This document shows positions 1-8,446 of a DNA stretch of 32,000 nt, in pieces. The stretch comes from Aliivibrio fischeri (GTDB lineage Bacteria > Pseudomonadota > Gammaproteobacteria > Enterobacterales > Vibrionaceae): assembly GCF_009727955.1 (NCBI RefSeq), contig NZ_WOBR01000003.1, positions 86,069-118,068 on the forward strand, given 5' to 3'. Position numbers and translations under genes: made by a program. Each line of letters starts with the position of its first letter. Positions within the stretch are counted from its first letter, which is position 1. The notes beneath the pieces were generated by a model that worked only from the letters and a program-made list of their open reading frames with translations, ran no database searches and was not told where the DNA came from.

Positions 1-15
1 TCCAAAGAGATCAAA

Positions 16-618
16 ATGATCCAAAGAGGACTGCTTCAATTCTTTATTCAATGCGTCGTTGTTGCCATTGCTTATCTTGTTATTCGTACTGACATTATCA
101 CATTAAAAGATGGGGTAAGTGAGCAATCACTGACTGAATATTACCAACAATTTTTACTTTTAATTGTTATCTTATCATTCAGTTACATAGCAAAAATAAA
201 TCCTAAAGCTCGTTCATTTGCTATCTTAGTCGTCGGTTTTTTCAGTTGCATGTTCATTAGAGAATGTGATGGTGTACTTGATAAAGTTTATCATGGCTTT
301 TGGCTTGTACCTGCACTTGTCGTCACCTTTGTGTGTATCTTCTTTGCTCTAAAAGATAAACAAGGCCTACTCTCTACATCAGCAAAATTCTTTGATAGCC
401 GTTATTTTTACACTATGAGTTGTGCATTGGTTGTAGTTCTCGTTTTTTCTCGCTTAGTTGGTATGAACCACTTATGGCAAACCCTGCTACAAGGGCAGTA
501 CATTCGAACAGTTAAAAATCTTGCTGAAGAAGGGACGGAATTACTCGGATATTCTTTATTAGCATACAGCGCATTAGGTTTTGGGTATCAAGTACGAAAA
601 ATACAAGTATCAGAATAA
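16..618 (+). CDS. hypothetical multi-pass inner-membrane protein (200 aa)
   Basis: Intact ORF with several hydrophobic stretches (FLLLIVILSFSYIA, ALVVTFVCIFFAL, SCALVVVLVFS); followed by a terminator-like hairpin. Confidence 0.7.
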   Translation: MIQRGLLQFFIQCVVVAIAYLVIRTDIITLKDGVSEQSLTEYYQQFLLLIVILSFSYIAKINPKARSFAILVVGFFSCMFIRECDGVLDKVYHGFWLVPALVVTFVCIFFALKDKQGLLSTSAKFFDSRYFYTMSCALVVVLVFSRLVGMNHLWQTLLQGQYIRTVKNLAEEGTELLGYSLLAYSALGFGYQVRKIQVSE

Positions 619-623
619 CAAAA

Positions 624-660
624 AAAAGCTAATTGATAGGGGGAGGTTCAATTAGCTTTT
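624..660. terminator. rho-independent terminator, probably bidirectional
   Basis: Perfect 13-bp stem AAAAGCTAATTGA (624-636) / TCAATTAGCTTTT (648-660), preceded by A tract. Confidence 0.75.
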
Positions 661-669
661 ACTTAAAAT

Positions 670-819
670 TTATTCACTCAAGGCTTCTGTTTTTTTAATA
701 AAATAACTCAACATACGTATGATATCAGCCTTGCTAATATCTTTGGCTACCAATGCTAATTCAAGGTCTTTTTTCATCACTTTCACTAGCACTTGCTTTT
801 CTAAGTCATATTTATTCAT
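670..819 (-). CDS. small hypothetical protein, 49 aa (MNKYDLEKQVLVKVMKKDLELALVAKDISKADIIRMLSYFIKKTEALSE)
   Basis: Intact short ORF read from the minus strand (below the length cutoff of the supplied track), with ATG start and charged, folded-looking composition. Confidence 0.4.
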   Translation of the reverse strand: MNKYDLEKQVLVKVMKKDLELALVAKDISKADIIRMLSYFIKKTEALSE

Positions 820-1122
820 CAATTACTGCCTCAAAATTGGTTTAGAACGATTATAAATACCTACTAGAACTGGGGGGATAGCATCTGAAATTTAGTTCAT
901 ATCCTATATGCCTAATTCCCTTCAATTTATAGAACAAACACTTAGTTTGATTATCTCTATCATTTTTTATGAATAACTAACCACTTTTAAAATAAACGCC
1001 AAGCGAATGACATAAAAACGACATAAATTTGAAATACTATATACATTACTAATTGATCTTGAGAATACGCTGGAAATTATTCATCAAGGTGCAATATTAA
1101 TTAAAGTTGTAGTAGAAAAGTC

Positions 1123-1521
1123 ATGAATAGAATAAAAGTCGAAAACGTTATGTCCAATACTTACGTTGTGGTTGATGGATTAATGACAGTCGCCGAAGGG
1201 ATCGTATTAGCTAAACAGAAACAAGTCAAAGAACTCATTATCAAAAAACGACATGATAATGATGAATACGGAATCGTATTATTAAGTGATATTGCCAAAA
1301 AAGTGCTCATGCAAAACCGTTCAACAGAGAGAACCAATATTTATGAAATCATGACAAAACCCGTACTTTCTGTCTCACCCGATATGAACATAAAATATTG
1401 TGCTCAGCTATTTGAGCGTTTTGGAATCAGTCGTGCTCCAGTGCTCAGACACGGAGAAATAGTGGGAGTGGTAAGTTACAACAATATTGTACTAAATGGG
1501 ATGACAGGGTTTGGATATTAA
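1123..1521 (+). CDS. CBS-domain-pair protein
   Basis: 132 aa with two CBS-like units: VENVMSNTYVVVDGLMTVAEGIVLAKQ... and IMTKPVLSVSPDMNIKYCAQLFERFGISRAPVLRHGEIVGVVSYNNIV. Confidence 0.8.
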   Translation: MNRIKVENVMSNTYVVVDGLMTVAEGIVLAKQKQVKELIIKKRHDNDEYGIVLLSDIAKKVLMQNRSTERTNIYEIMTKPVLSVSPDMNIKYCAQLFERFGISRAPVLRHGEIVGVVSYNNIVLNGMTGFGY

Positions 1522-1524
1522 ATA

Positions 1525-1556
1525 AGTGACTTAAAGAACTAAGCCTTTAAGTCACT
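1525..1556. terminator. terminator-like hairpin between convergent genes
   Basis: Perfect 12-bp stem AGTGACTTAAAG / CTTTAAGTCACT with 8-nt loop, followed by CTTATT. Confidence 0.6.
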
Positions 1557-1573
1557 CTTATTAAAGTAATATA

Positions 1574-2710
1574 CTATTGAGTTTTTTGAATAATTAACGG
1601 TGCAAAATCTGCAGTTGCGTTGTTTCCAGCGCCTGAGTGTTCCGTGTATTCTGTATCTTTCATAATGGTATAAAATACATCAACAAAATCGTCATCGTTA
1701 ACGAATAAATCATCAGGAAGTAACGCGATAATTGCACTCGTCATTTGAGGAATAATCAAATACGCTTGCGCTTCCTTATCAGGAATTGTAGCTAAAAAAT
1801 CACTAGCAGCTTTTAAGATCGTTTGTGCTAACTGCTTATAATCTGTTTTATCATCTTGTTCCATTAGAATAATATCAGCGGCACCCCAACGGTAGCGATC
1901 CCAAAAAACCATGATCTGATTAGCTGGATATGATTGCTCAGCATAATCCAAGTAAGGCATTTCAATCACATCAATCGTTGGTTCGTCTCTTGAAGGACTG
2001 ACGCCAGATACAATTGCGTATATTTCAGCCTTACCAGAGATCCAAGGTTCATGATCATCTTTTAACTGAATTTTCTTTAAGATGGTGGTATTAATTTCAG
2101 TTGGTTCCGCAGCAGCTCTTAACATCGCATAAGGGGCCGGCTTCGCTTTTTCACTTGGTTCACTAGATTGCAGCGCTTTAAACTCATCACGCATTAATGC
2201 TAAACCAGCTTTCAGCTCTTCACGGTTATTAGTATCAACCACTAATACAGGTTGCTCAGGAACATCGTAAACATCTAAATAATGAAGATTACCATCGATA
2301 TCATAAGCTTCGATGTATTGCCATTCGCTCTCTGCCCCTTCTGGCTCAAAGGCAAATAATGGACTTTGACCGGCTTGCCAACGAGCTAACATACTTGGAT
2401 CAGCTAAGCGCAATTCAAGCAATTCATCAGTATATTTTTCTAAACCACGAGCTTGGATCTCAGTTTTATTGGCTGTTGTCATTGCAGCCATAAAAGTGCG
2501 AACTTGTGGTTGAGGTTTAGTTTGAGTTGATAAATCAGATAATGATGCACTCATTTGATACTGATTAATGGTACTTTTTAAATTGTTTTCTAATTGTGGA
2601 AAAGCACGGCTTAACTCTTGTGCCAAAGCACGCTTAGACACATCATCTTGTGCTGCAGCCATAGCAGGAGTCATCAAGCAAAATACGAGTAGCGCTGTTA
2701 ATTTGTTCAT
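1574..2710 (-). CDS. secreted hypothetical protein (possibly DUF3103 family)
   Basis: The ORF track starts at 2779, but an internal Met at 2710 gives a clean Sec signal peptide (MNKLTALLVFCLMTPAMAAAQDD). Family name is from memory. Confidence 0.6.
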   Translation of the reverse strand: MNKLTALLVFCLMTPAMAAAQDDVSKRALAQELSRAFPQLENNLKSTINQYQMSASLSDLSTQTKPQPQVRTFMAAMTTANKTEIQARGLEKYTDELLELRLADPSMLARWQAGQSPLFAFEPEGAESEWQYIEAYDIDGNLHYLDVYDVPEQPVLVVDTNNREELKAGLALMRDEFKALQSSEPSEKAKPAPYAMLRAAAEPTEINTTILKKIQLKDDHEPWISGKAEIYAIVSGVSPSRDEPTIDVIEMPYLDYAEQSYPANQIMVFWDRYRWGAADIILMEQDDKTDYKQLAQTILKAASDFLATIPDKEAQAYLIIPQMTSAIIALLPDDLFVNDDDFVDVFYTIMKDTEYTEHSGAGNNATADFAPLIIQKTQ

Positions 2711-2959
2711 ACAGCATTCCTTATTTATAGTTATTGTATTGATTTTGAATCCATTCAAATTTGTCCTTATCCCAACCATACCAAAAATGAGACAAAATTA
2801 AAGTCAATACTCTAATTTATCTTTCGAATATCAAAAATCAAAAGTGAGACAGTTTTTCGGTGGAATGAGCTGTTATTGACTACGATTGATATTAACTTGG
2901 CAATTTGTATAAAAGTAGACCAGACTACTTTGTAGATGCAGATAAAATGAGGCGATAAA

Positions 2960-3439
2960 ATGACATTAACTTCGTGGCTAGCTTCCATTTCAAACTGGTA
3001 TCAGACAAAACACGATAAGTCGCTTGATTCACTTGAGCAATTGGTTTATTCGGCACCAACATCTATTTGGGGGCCAGAATTAACCGATGACCGAAGTAAA
3101 GCGATTGCTTGTTGGCTAGATGGATGCCTACGAGTTTTTGAGCACGCTAAGTATCATAATACTGCAAAAGCATTTCAAACATTACAATACATCAGCTCAA
3201 AATTAGAAATGGTCGCTTTTAGCTCTGCAGCAGATATCGAGATCAAAGATTGGTGCATTAAACGACTACAGCACATTACTGTATTAAGTTTAGAGTTCTG
3301 TAACCAGCAACATGATCAACCCACATGGAATATCGAAGCTAACACATTAATTGAAAATCACGTTAAATTAATGGCAAGTGTGGCTTGGAATGAAACACAG
3401 ACTCCTTCAAATATTCACAATTCAAATTCACTGCATTAA
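2960..3439 (+). CDS. hypothetical cytosolic protein (159 aa)
   Basis: Intact ORF, no recognised motif. Confidence 0.6.
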   Translation: MTLTSWLASISNWYQTKHDKSLDSLEQLVYSAPTSIWGPELTDDRSKAIACWLDGCLRVFEHAKYHNTAKAFQTLQYISSKLEMVAFSSAADIEIKDWCIKRLQHITVLSLEFCNQQHDQPTWNIEANTLIENHVKLMASVAWNETQTPSNIHNSNSLH

Positions 3440-3463
3440 ACAATATTCATTAATGGTTATAAT

Positions 3464-3494
3464 AAAAAAGCAGCGTTGAACGCTGCTTTTTTTA
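3464..3494. terminator. bidirectional rho-independent terminator
   Basis: AAAAAAGCAGCG-TTGAA-CGCTGCTTTTTT between convergent ORFs. Confidence 0.85.
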
Positions 3495-3503
3495 TTAAGT
3501 GGA

Positions 3504-4685
3504 TTAACCTTTAATCTGCCTCATTTGAGACAAATATTGTATCCACCCTTTTGCTTCATTAGATGGTTTAAACTCATTAGCTCTTTTGGCATTAACAAGC
3601 GCTAATTCCAGTTGATTTAACTTATAGTAAGCGCGAGTTTTAGCTAACGCCACATCATCAGTTTTATTGTAATCCTTTACTTTATCTAAACTTTTTAGCC
3701 CTTGTTGATAATACCCTTCTTGAATCTGAAGCTGAGCAACTTGCCAATAATATTGGCCATCAAATTGTGCTGCTTTTTGCCAAACCGCAATCGCTTTATC
3801 CCACTCTTTTGCGGCCTGCCAGTAAGTTGCTTGTGTAATTATTATGTCTTTATCCGTTTCATAATCCGCTAATTGCGCCATCACTTGCGCCGCTTTTTCA
3901 GGAATGCCACGCTGTGCATATAACTGCGCTAATATTTTCAATTCAGATTGACTTAACACAATGCCTTGACGCTGTGCTAACACCAAGGTATCCAACGCAT
4001 TGCTTGGTTGATTCAATTGCAGTTGAATACTTGATAATTGCTGCCACCACCCTGCTTGCTCAGGTTCTAATTCAATCAGAGCAGTTAATGTTGGTATCGC
4101 TGATTTCCAATACTTACGTTGTAATTGTGCACCAAGCTTTAAAACTAATACTTGTCGTTTATCTTGTTTTTTATCAATTTTCACTACTTTTTGGTGCATA
4201 TTTAATGCAGATAGCACCTTATCCCATTGTGATATTTGATAATGTGTTTGAGCAATTCGAAACCATAAATCCCCTATTTTTTGATTTTCGGGTACGGTTT
4301 TGGTTAATTGGTAATAATGAGGTAATGCCTCTTTAAATCGTTGCTCAGTTAATAGCAGATCTGCCAGCATTCGCTGTGTTACCCACGCTTGTTCATCAAC
4401 TAATTGTTGGCTGCTGACAGCGGTTGAAAGGTATTTTACCGCCGCTTTACTGTTCCCATTTTGCCAATGAAAAACACCTAACATTCGCTGTACATAGGCT
4501 TTATCATAAGCCTGTGATGGCGTTAGTTTAGAAAGAATATCAATAGCATCCACTATTTTATCTTGTTGCTGCAATTGAATTGCGCGCTGTACTTTTGCCG
4601 CATTATATTGAGTTAGTTGTTGCGCTTGAGCAACCCCACTGAACATCAAAATAACACCAAAAAGAGGGGCGATAAATTTCATCAT
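3504..4685 (-). CDS. periplasmic tetratricopeptide-repeat protein of TonB2 cluster
   Basis: Signal peptide (FGVILMFSGVAQAQQ), repeated TPR-like helices; overlaps tonB by 4 nt; same position as the TPR gene in known Vibrio TonB2 loci. Confidence 0.8.
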   Translation of the reverse strand: MMKFIAPLFGVILMFSGVAQAQQLTQYNAAKVQRAIQLQQQDKIVDAIDILSKLTPSQAYDKAYVQRMLGVFHWQNGNSKAAVKYLSTAVSSQQLVDEQAWVTQRMLADLLLTEQRFKEALPHYYQLTKTVPENQKIGDLWFRIAQTHYQISQWDKVLSALNMHQKVVKIDKKQDKRQVLVLKLGAQLQRKYWKSAIPTLTALIELEPEQAGWWQQLSSIQLQLNQPSNALDTLVLAQRQGIVLSQSELKILAQLYAQRGIPEKAAQVMAQLADYETDKDIIITQATYWQAAKEWDKAIAVWQKAAQFDGQYYWQVAQLQIQEGYYQQGLKSLDKVKDYNKTDDVALAKTRAYYKLNQLELALVNAKRANEFKPSNEAKGWIQYLSQMRQIKG

Positions 4686-5302
4686 TTTGCTAACGTAAAC
4701 TCCAATTTCACGGTTTGTCCGATTTGAGCAATGGTTTTACCATCAATCACTTTTGGCTGATATTTCCATTTTTTCAATGCCTTAACCGCTTCTCTTTCAA
4801 ACATTCTACGAGGTTTTGCGTCCGTTACTTTTACATCTATAGGGCGTCCTTGTTCATCAATCGTAAACGACATCACAACAAAGCCCTCAGCCCCTCTTTT
4901 CATCGCTTTAGAAGGGTAACGAGGTTCAACACGATACAATGGCATCGCTTGCTGATTACCCGTAAAGTCCGAAAAATTTGGCGCACTAATGGCTAAGCCA
5001 GAAATACTTGAATCTAACTCAATCAGTGGCATTGAACTTTGGGGTGTAACCATTGACGTTTGAGTTTGAGCGGCCATTGGGGTCGCTTGTGGCGGAGGTT
5101 CCGGCGTATCTGGCTTTTCTGGCACACGGCGTTGGCGACGCTGTACATCTTGTTCTTGCTCAGCCATCACCATATCAAAACGAACCGTTTCACTGCTTTC
5201 TGGCTTATCTTGAATGCCGTTATCTACCATCCAAGCCATGAATGTGAATATGCCAAACGTCATGGATATTGCGATTGGCATAGCTAAAAATAAACGCCAC
5301 AT
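4682..5302 (-). CDS. tonB2: TonB energy transducer (TonB2 type)
   Basis: N-terminal TM, proline-rich linker (PEKPDTPEPPPQATPMAAQ), C-terminal TonB domain YPSKAMKRGAEGFVVMSFTIDEQGRPIDVKVTDAKPRRMFEREAVKALKKWKYQPK. Confidence 0.93.
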   Translation of the reverse strand: MWRLFLAMPIAISMTFGIFTFMAWMVDNGIQDKPESSETVRFDMVMAEQEQDVQRRQRRVPEKPDTPEPPPQATPMAAQTQTSMVTPQSSMPLIELDSSISGLAISAPNFSDFTGNQQAMPLYRVEPRYPSKAMKRGAEGFVVMSFTIDEQGRPIDVKVTDAKPRRMFEREAVKALKKWKYQPKVIDGKTIAQIGQTVKLEFTLAK

Positions 5303-5706
5303 TAGCCTTTCTCCGCAGCTAAAGCGATACCTTTAACACCAGCACCTTTCGCTGCATCCATCACTTTAATAACCGTACCGTTATACGCATGTTCATCCGC
5401 TTGAATAACTAATGATGCTTCTGGCTGTTCAAGTAATAAATGCTCTAAAGTTGCTTGCACTCGCTCTGCATCTACCATGCGTTTATCAATAAAAATATCA
5501 TTTGATGCAGTGATAGCCACAAATATACCCGCGTCTTTTTGGCTTGATACATTACTGGCTTGAGGACGATTAACCTCTACGCCAGATTCGCGCACAAATG
5601 AACTCGTTACAATAAAAAAGATCAACATGATAAATACGATATCTAGCATGGATGTTAGATCAATTTGTGCTTCTTCTTGATGTGAAGAACGACGGCCAAG
5701 TCTCAT
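5302..5706 (-). CDS. exbD2: ExbD biopolymer transport protein
   Basis: IDLTSMLDIVFIMLIFFIVTSSFV, the ExbD/TolR TM with conserved Asp. Confidence 0.93.
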   Translation of the reverse strand: MRLGRRSSHQEEAQIDLTSMLDIVFIMLIFFIVTSSFVRESGVEVNRPQASNVSSQKDAGIFVAITASNDIFIDKRMVDAERVQATLEHLLLEQPEASLVIQADEHAYNGTVIKVMDAAKGAGVKGIALAAEKG

Positions 5707-6212
5707 GACTGACTCCTTAATGCTTTTTCTAATTGGTGTTCTTTACGACGACAAATTTTAGCGAGACGAGCATGAACAAACATCCCCGCCAAGGCTGCAA
5801 CCATTCCAGCCATAGTCGGTAATGTTGCTAATGAAATCCCTGATGCCATTAATTTAGGTTGGCTGCTTCCTTGATTTGCCATTACATCAAATACCGATAT
5901 CATTCCAGTAACCGTACCTAACAAACCTAACATAGGGCATATTGCCACTAACACCTTGATGAAATTCAAATATTGATTTAGTTGTAGATGAGCTTCACTG
6001 ATCCACCCATCTCTAATGGTTTTGGCATACCAAGACTCATGATCACTGCGTTGCTGCCATTGCTCAACCCATCGTTTTCGCTGTATTGGAAAACTAAACG
6101 ATATGAAAAATATTCGCTCGATAACCAACAACCAACACAAGGCAACTACAGCAGCCAACCACCATAAAATGGGGCCGCCTTGAGCCATAAAATGTGAAAG
6201 AAAAGCCGTCAT
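5703..6212 (-). CDS. exbB2: ExbB MotA/TolQ/ExbB-family proton channel
   Basis: VAICPMLGLLGTVTGMISVFDVMANQG...ISLATLPTMAGMVAALAGMF; ATGA overlap with exbD. Confidence 0.93.
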   Translation of the reverse strand: MTAFLSHFMAQGGPILWWLAAVVALCWLLVIERIFFISFSFPIQRKRWVEQWQQRSDHESWYAKTIRDGWISEAHLQLNQYLNFIKVLVAICPMLGLLGTVTGMISVFDVMANQGSSQPKLMASGISLATLPTMAGMVAALAGMFVHARLAKICRRKEHQLEKALRSQS

Positions 6213-7567
6213 TACGCTGCCATATCCATTGCGTTAGGTTGCACTACTTTTTCAGCTTGTTCAGCAACTAACCCTAGCCCTTGTTTTTCAAGAATAGTAC
6301 GAATACTTTCTGCTTGTGAGCTTAAAATATTATGCGTAAGTAATAGTGGCATTGCCGCAACTAAACCTAAAACCGTAGTAACAAGTGCCATCGAAATACC
6401 CCCCGCCATCACTTTTGGATCACCATTACCAAACTGCGTAATCACTTGGAATGTTTCGATCATGCCGGTAACCGTACCTAAAAGCCCTAACATTGGAGCC
6501 AAAGCAGCTAATAGTTTAAGCATAGACAACCCTTTTTCTAGCCCTTGCTGTTCATCAACAATGGTTTCTAATAAACGCAGTTCTAATGCTTCAACTGAAC
6601 GTTGTTTTTCTGCATCGTAAACGGCAAGTACACGGCCTAGTGGGTTTTGACCAAGCTCTTGTGGTTGCTTTAATTGCTTTCTAATTTGTTGGCGAATAAC
6701 AAACAATCTCACGCCATTAAATAATGAAATAATCAATCCAATCAGTAATAAACCAATAATGATTTTACCAACCACACCACCCGCTTGAAGACGCTCTTTC
6801 ATTGTTGGCGTATTAGCTAATTGCTCTAGCATGATGCCACGTGAAGGATCACTTGCCATCATGATGACGTGTTTGTTTGACATCTCAGATAAGATAGTTG
6901 TTGTAGGAATCAGTTTTGGCTGTTGAGCATAGTAAGTCGCTACTTGCTTTTTATTGTCCCATTGCAAAAAACCATCATCACCAACCAATGCCATATTACC
7001 TAAGCGATAAGCATTGATCGATTGGCGATGACCAGAGCCATTAATCATGGTTACCGTCGTTAATTCTAATTCAGAACTTGCATTAATTTGCTGAGCCATG
7101 GTTTGCCATAACCCCGTTAATTGCGTCATAGAAGGCAAAGACTCAGCTGCAACGATATCCGAAATTAACTGACGATGTTCTACATTCGTCGCTCCTGAAA
7201 CCGAGCTTTTTAACTCCGAATCCAAATCTTTTGCTGTCTGTCTTACCACACCAAACAATTCACCTAAGCTGCCTGTTTCTAAATGCAACTGCTGCTCCAA
7301 TGTTGCTAGTGTTTTTTCATTTTTGCTGAAAGTAGCACTTAATTGATCGCTTTCTTTTTGCAGCTTTTTACGCTCTGCAATCAATGCGTTTCTTTGGGCT
7401 TTTAAGCTTTGTTCTGTTTGTTTAAAACCAGACTCTCGTTGTGCATCCTGCTGTTTTTGTACATGACTTGCTTGTTTTGTCTCTTTCAACAACTCTGTGT
7501 TTGCAGTCGCTGTATTCATCGAAAGACCAAGCAGTGAAATAGCTAAAATCAGTGGCTTAATTGTCAT
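6212..7567 (-). CDS. ttpC: TtpC-like TonB2-associated ExbB-family protein
   Basis: Large periplasmic N-terminal coiled coil plus C-terminal ExbB domain LLAALAPMLGLLGTVTGMIETFQVITQFGNGDPKVMAGGISMALVTTVLGLVAAMP. Confidence 0.85.
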   Translation of the reverse strand: MTIKPLILAISLLGLSMNTATANTELLKETKQASHVQKQQDAQRESGFKQTEQSLKAQRNALIAERKKLQKESDQLSATFSKNEKTLATLEQQLHLETGSLGELFGVVRQTAKDLDSELKSSVSGATNVEHRQLISDIVAAESLPSMTQLTGLWQTMAQQINASSELELTTVTMINGSGHRQSINAYRLGNMALVGDDGFLQWDNKKQVATYYAQQPKLIPTTTILSEMSNKHVIMMASDPSRGIMLEQLANTPTMKERLQAGGVVGKIIIGLLLIGLIISLFNGVRLFVIRQQIRKQLKQPQELGQNPLGRVLAVYDAEKQRSVEALELRLLETIVDEQQGLEKGLSMLKLLAALAPMLGLLGTVTGMIETFQVITQFGNGDPKVMAGGISMALVTTVLGLVAAMPLLLTHNILSSQAESIRTILEKQGLGLVAEQAEKVVQPNAMDMAA

Positions 7568-7568
7568 G

Positions 7569-8345
7569 TTATTTCACCTCTTTTAGTGATAAAGATACAG
7601 GTAGAGTCAATAAGCTTGGGGCAACTTGTTTATAAGCGACTGAATAGGCTTTCGCTAAATCATCATTAAACTCAGAATCCAGAGCCTCCCATTGATTGGT
7701 GTACGTATTCCAACTCCAATATTGAGAAGCATCAAGACGACGAGCGAGTAAAGATACGCGTCCTAAATGCAGCATATCTGCATCTATTTGTTCATTATTT
7801 TCAACAATGATCTGTGTTTGGTATGTACCTAGCTTTGTGCCGTAATCCATTTCGATCTGGTAGGCTTCGAGGAGTCGACGATATTTTTCAGCATCACTTA
7901 CGTCCGCTCTAGTCATCATATGTTCAAGCTTGGCAATGCGATGTAAACGCTCTTCCGTTTTAATTGGCTGATCTTGTTCAACTACTGTCGATAAACCAGA
8001 TAACATCTTATACATTAAAGGAACAACACCTTGTCTGGTCTCTTTAATGGTCTCAATTTGGTCATTTAAACTTACCATCTCTTGCTGCTGACTATTCACT
8101 AAACCTGTTAAATGATCACGATATACTGCCAAGTTTTTTACTTCTTCTTGGAGCTGCTCAATTTCGGCTTTATAAGCTAACGTCGCTTCTGCACTTTTAT
8201 CGATTTTCTTCTGACTTATCGCTGAAGAAGTATTTGATTTATTTTCAATTACTCGTGCTTGATCAAGCGCAGTTGCCTGAGCGGTTGTGATCACGGTTGC
8301 TAATGCAATACCGATACTGATTTTTAGAATATTCATATTTATCAA
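7569..8345 (-). CDS. DUF3450-like periplasmic coiled-coil protein of TonB2 cluster
   Basis: Signal peptide, coiled coil, RVSLLARRLDASQYWSWN; adjacent to ttpC as in known Vibrio clusters. Confidence 0.75.
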   Translation of the reverse strand: MINMNILKISIGIALATVITTAQATALDQARVIENKSNTSSAISQKKIDKSAEATLAYKAEIEQLQEEVKNLAVYRDHLTGLVNSQQQEMVSLNDQIETIKETRQGVVPLMYKMLSGLSTVVEQDQPIKTEERLHRIAKLEHMMTRADVSDAEKYRRLLEAYQIEMDYGTKLGTYQTQIIVENNEQIDADMLHLGRVSLLARRLDASQYWSWNTYTNQWEALDSEFNDDLAKAYSVAYKQVAPSLLTLPVSLSLKEVK

Positions 8346-8407
8346 TTTCTTAACTGTTTATTTTTAAGAACGAGCTCTTAAAAATTTGTATTCAAATAAA
8401 CGCACTA

Positions 8408-8429
8408 AAGGGAGACCGAAGCCTCCCTT
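8408..8429. terminator. weak terminator-like hairpin between receptor and DUF3450-like gene
   Basis: AAGGGAG / CTCCCTT stem, 8-nt loop; no strong U tract in the minus-strand direction. Confidence 0.4.
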
Positions 8430-8446
8430 ATTTTTATTACAATAAA

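Noticed and set aside
3914-4336. 140-aa plus-strand ORF antisense to the TPR gene
   Set aside because: Lies wholly opposite a well-supported CDS and has no recognisable domain; likewise 4715..4996, 5053..5241 and 5060..5287.
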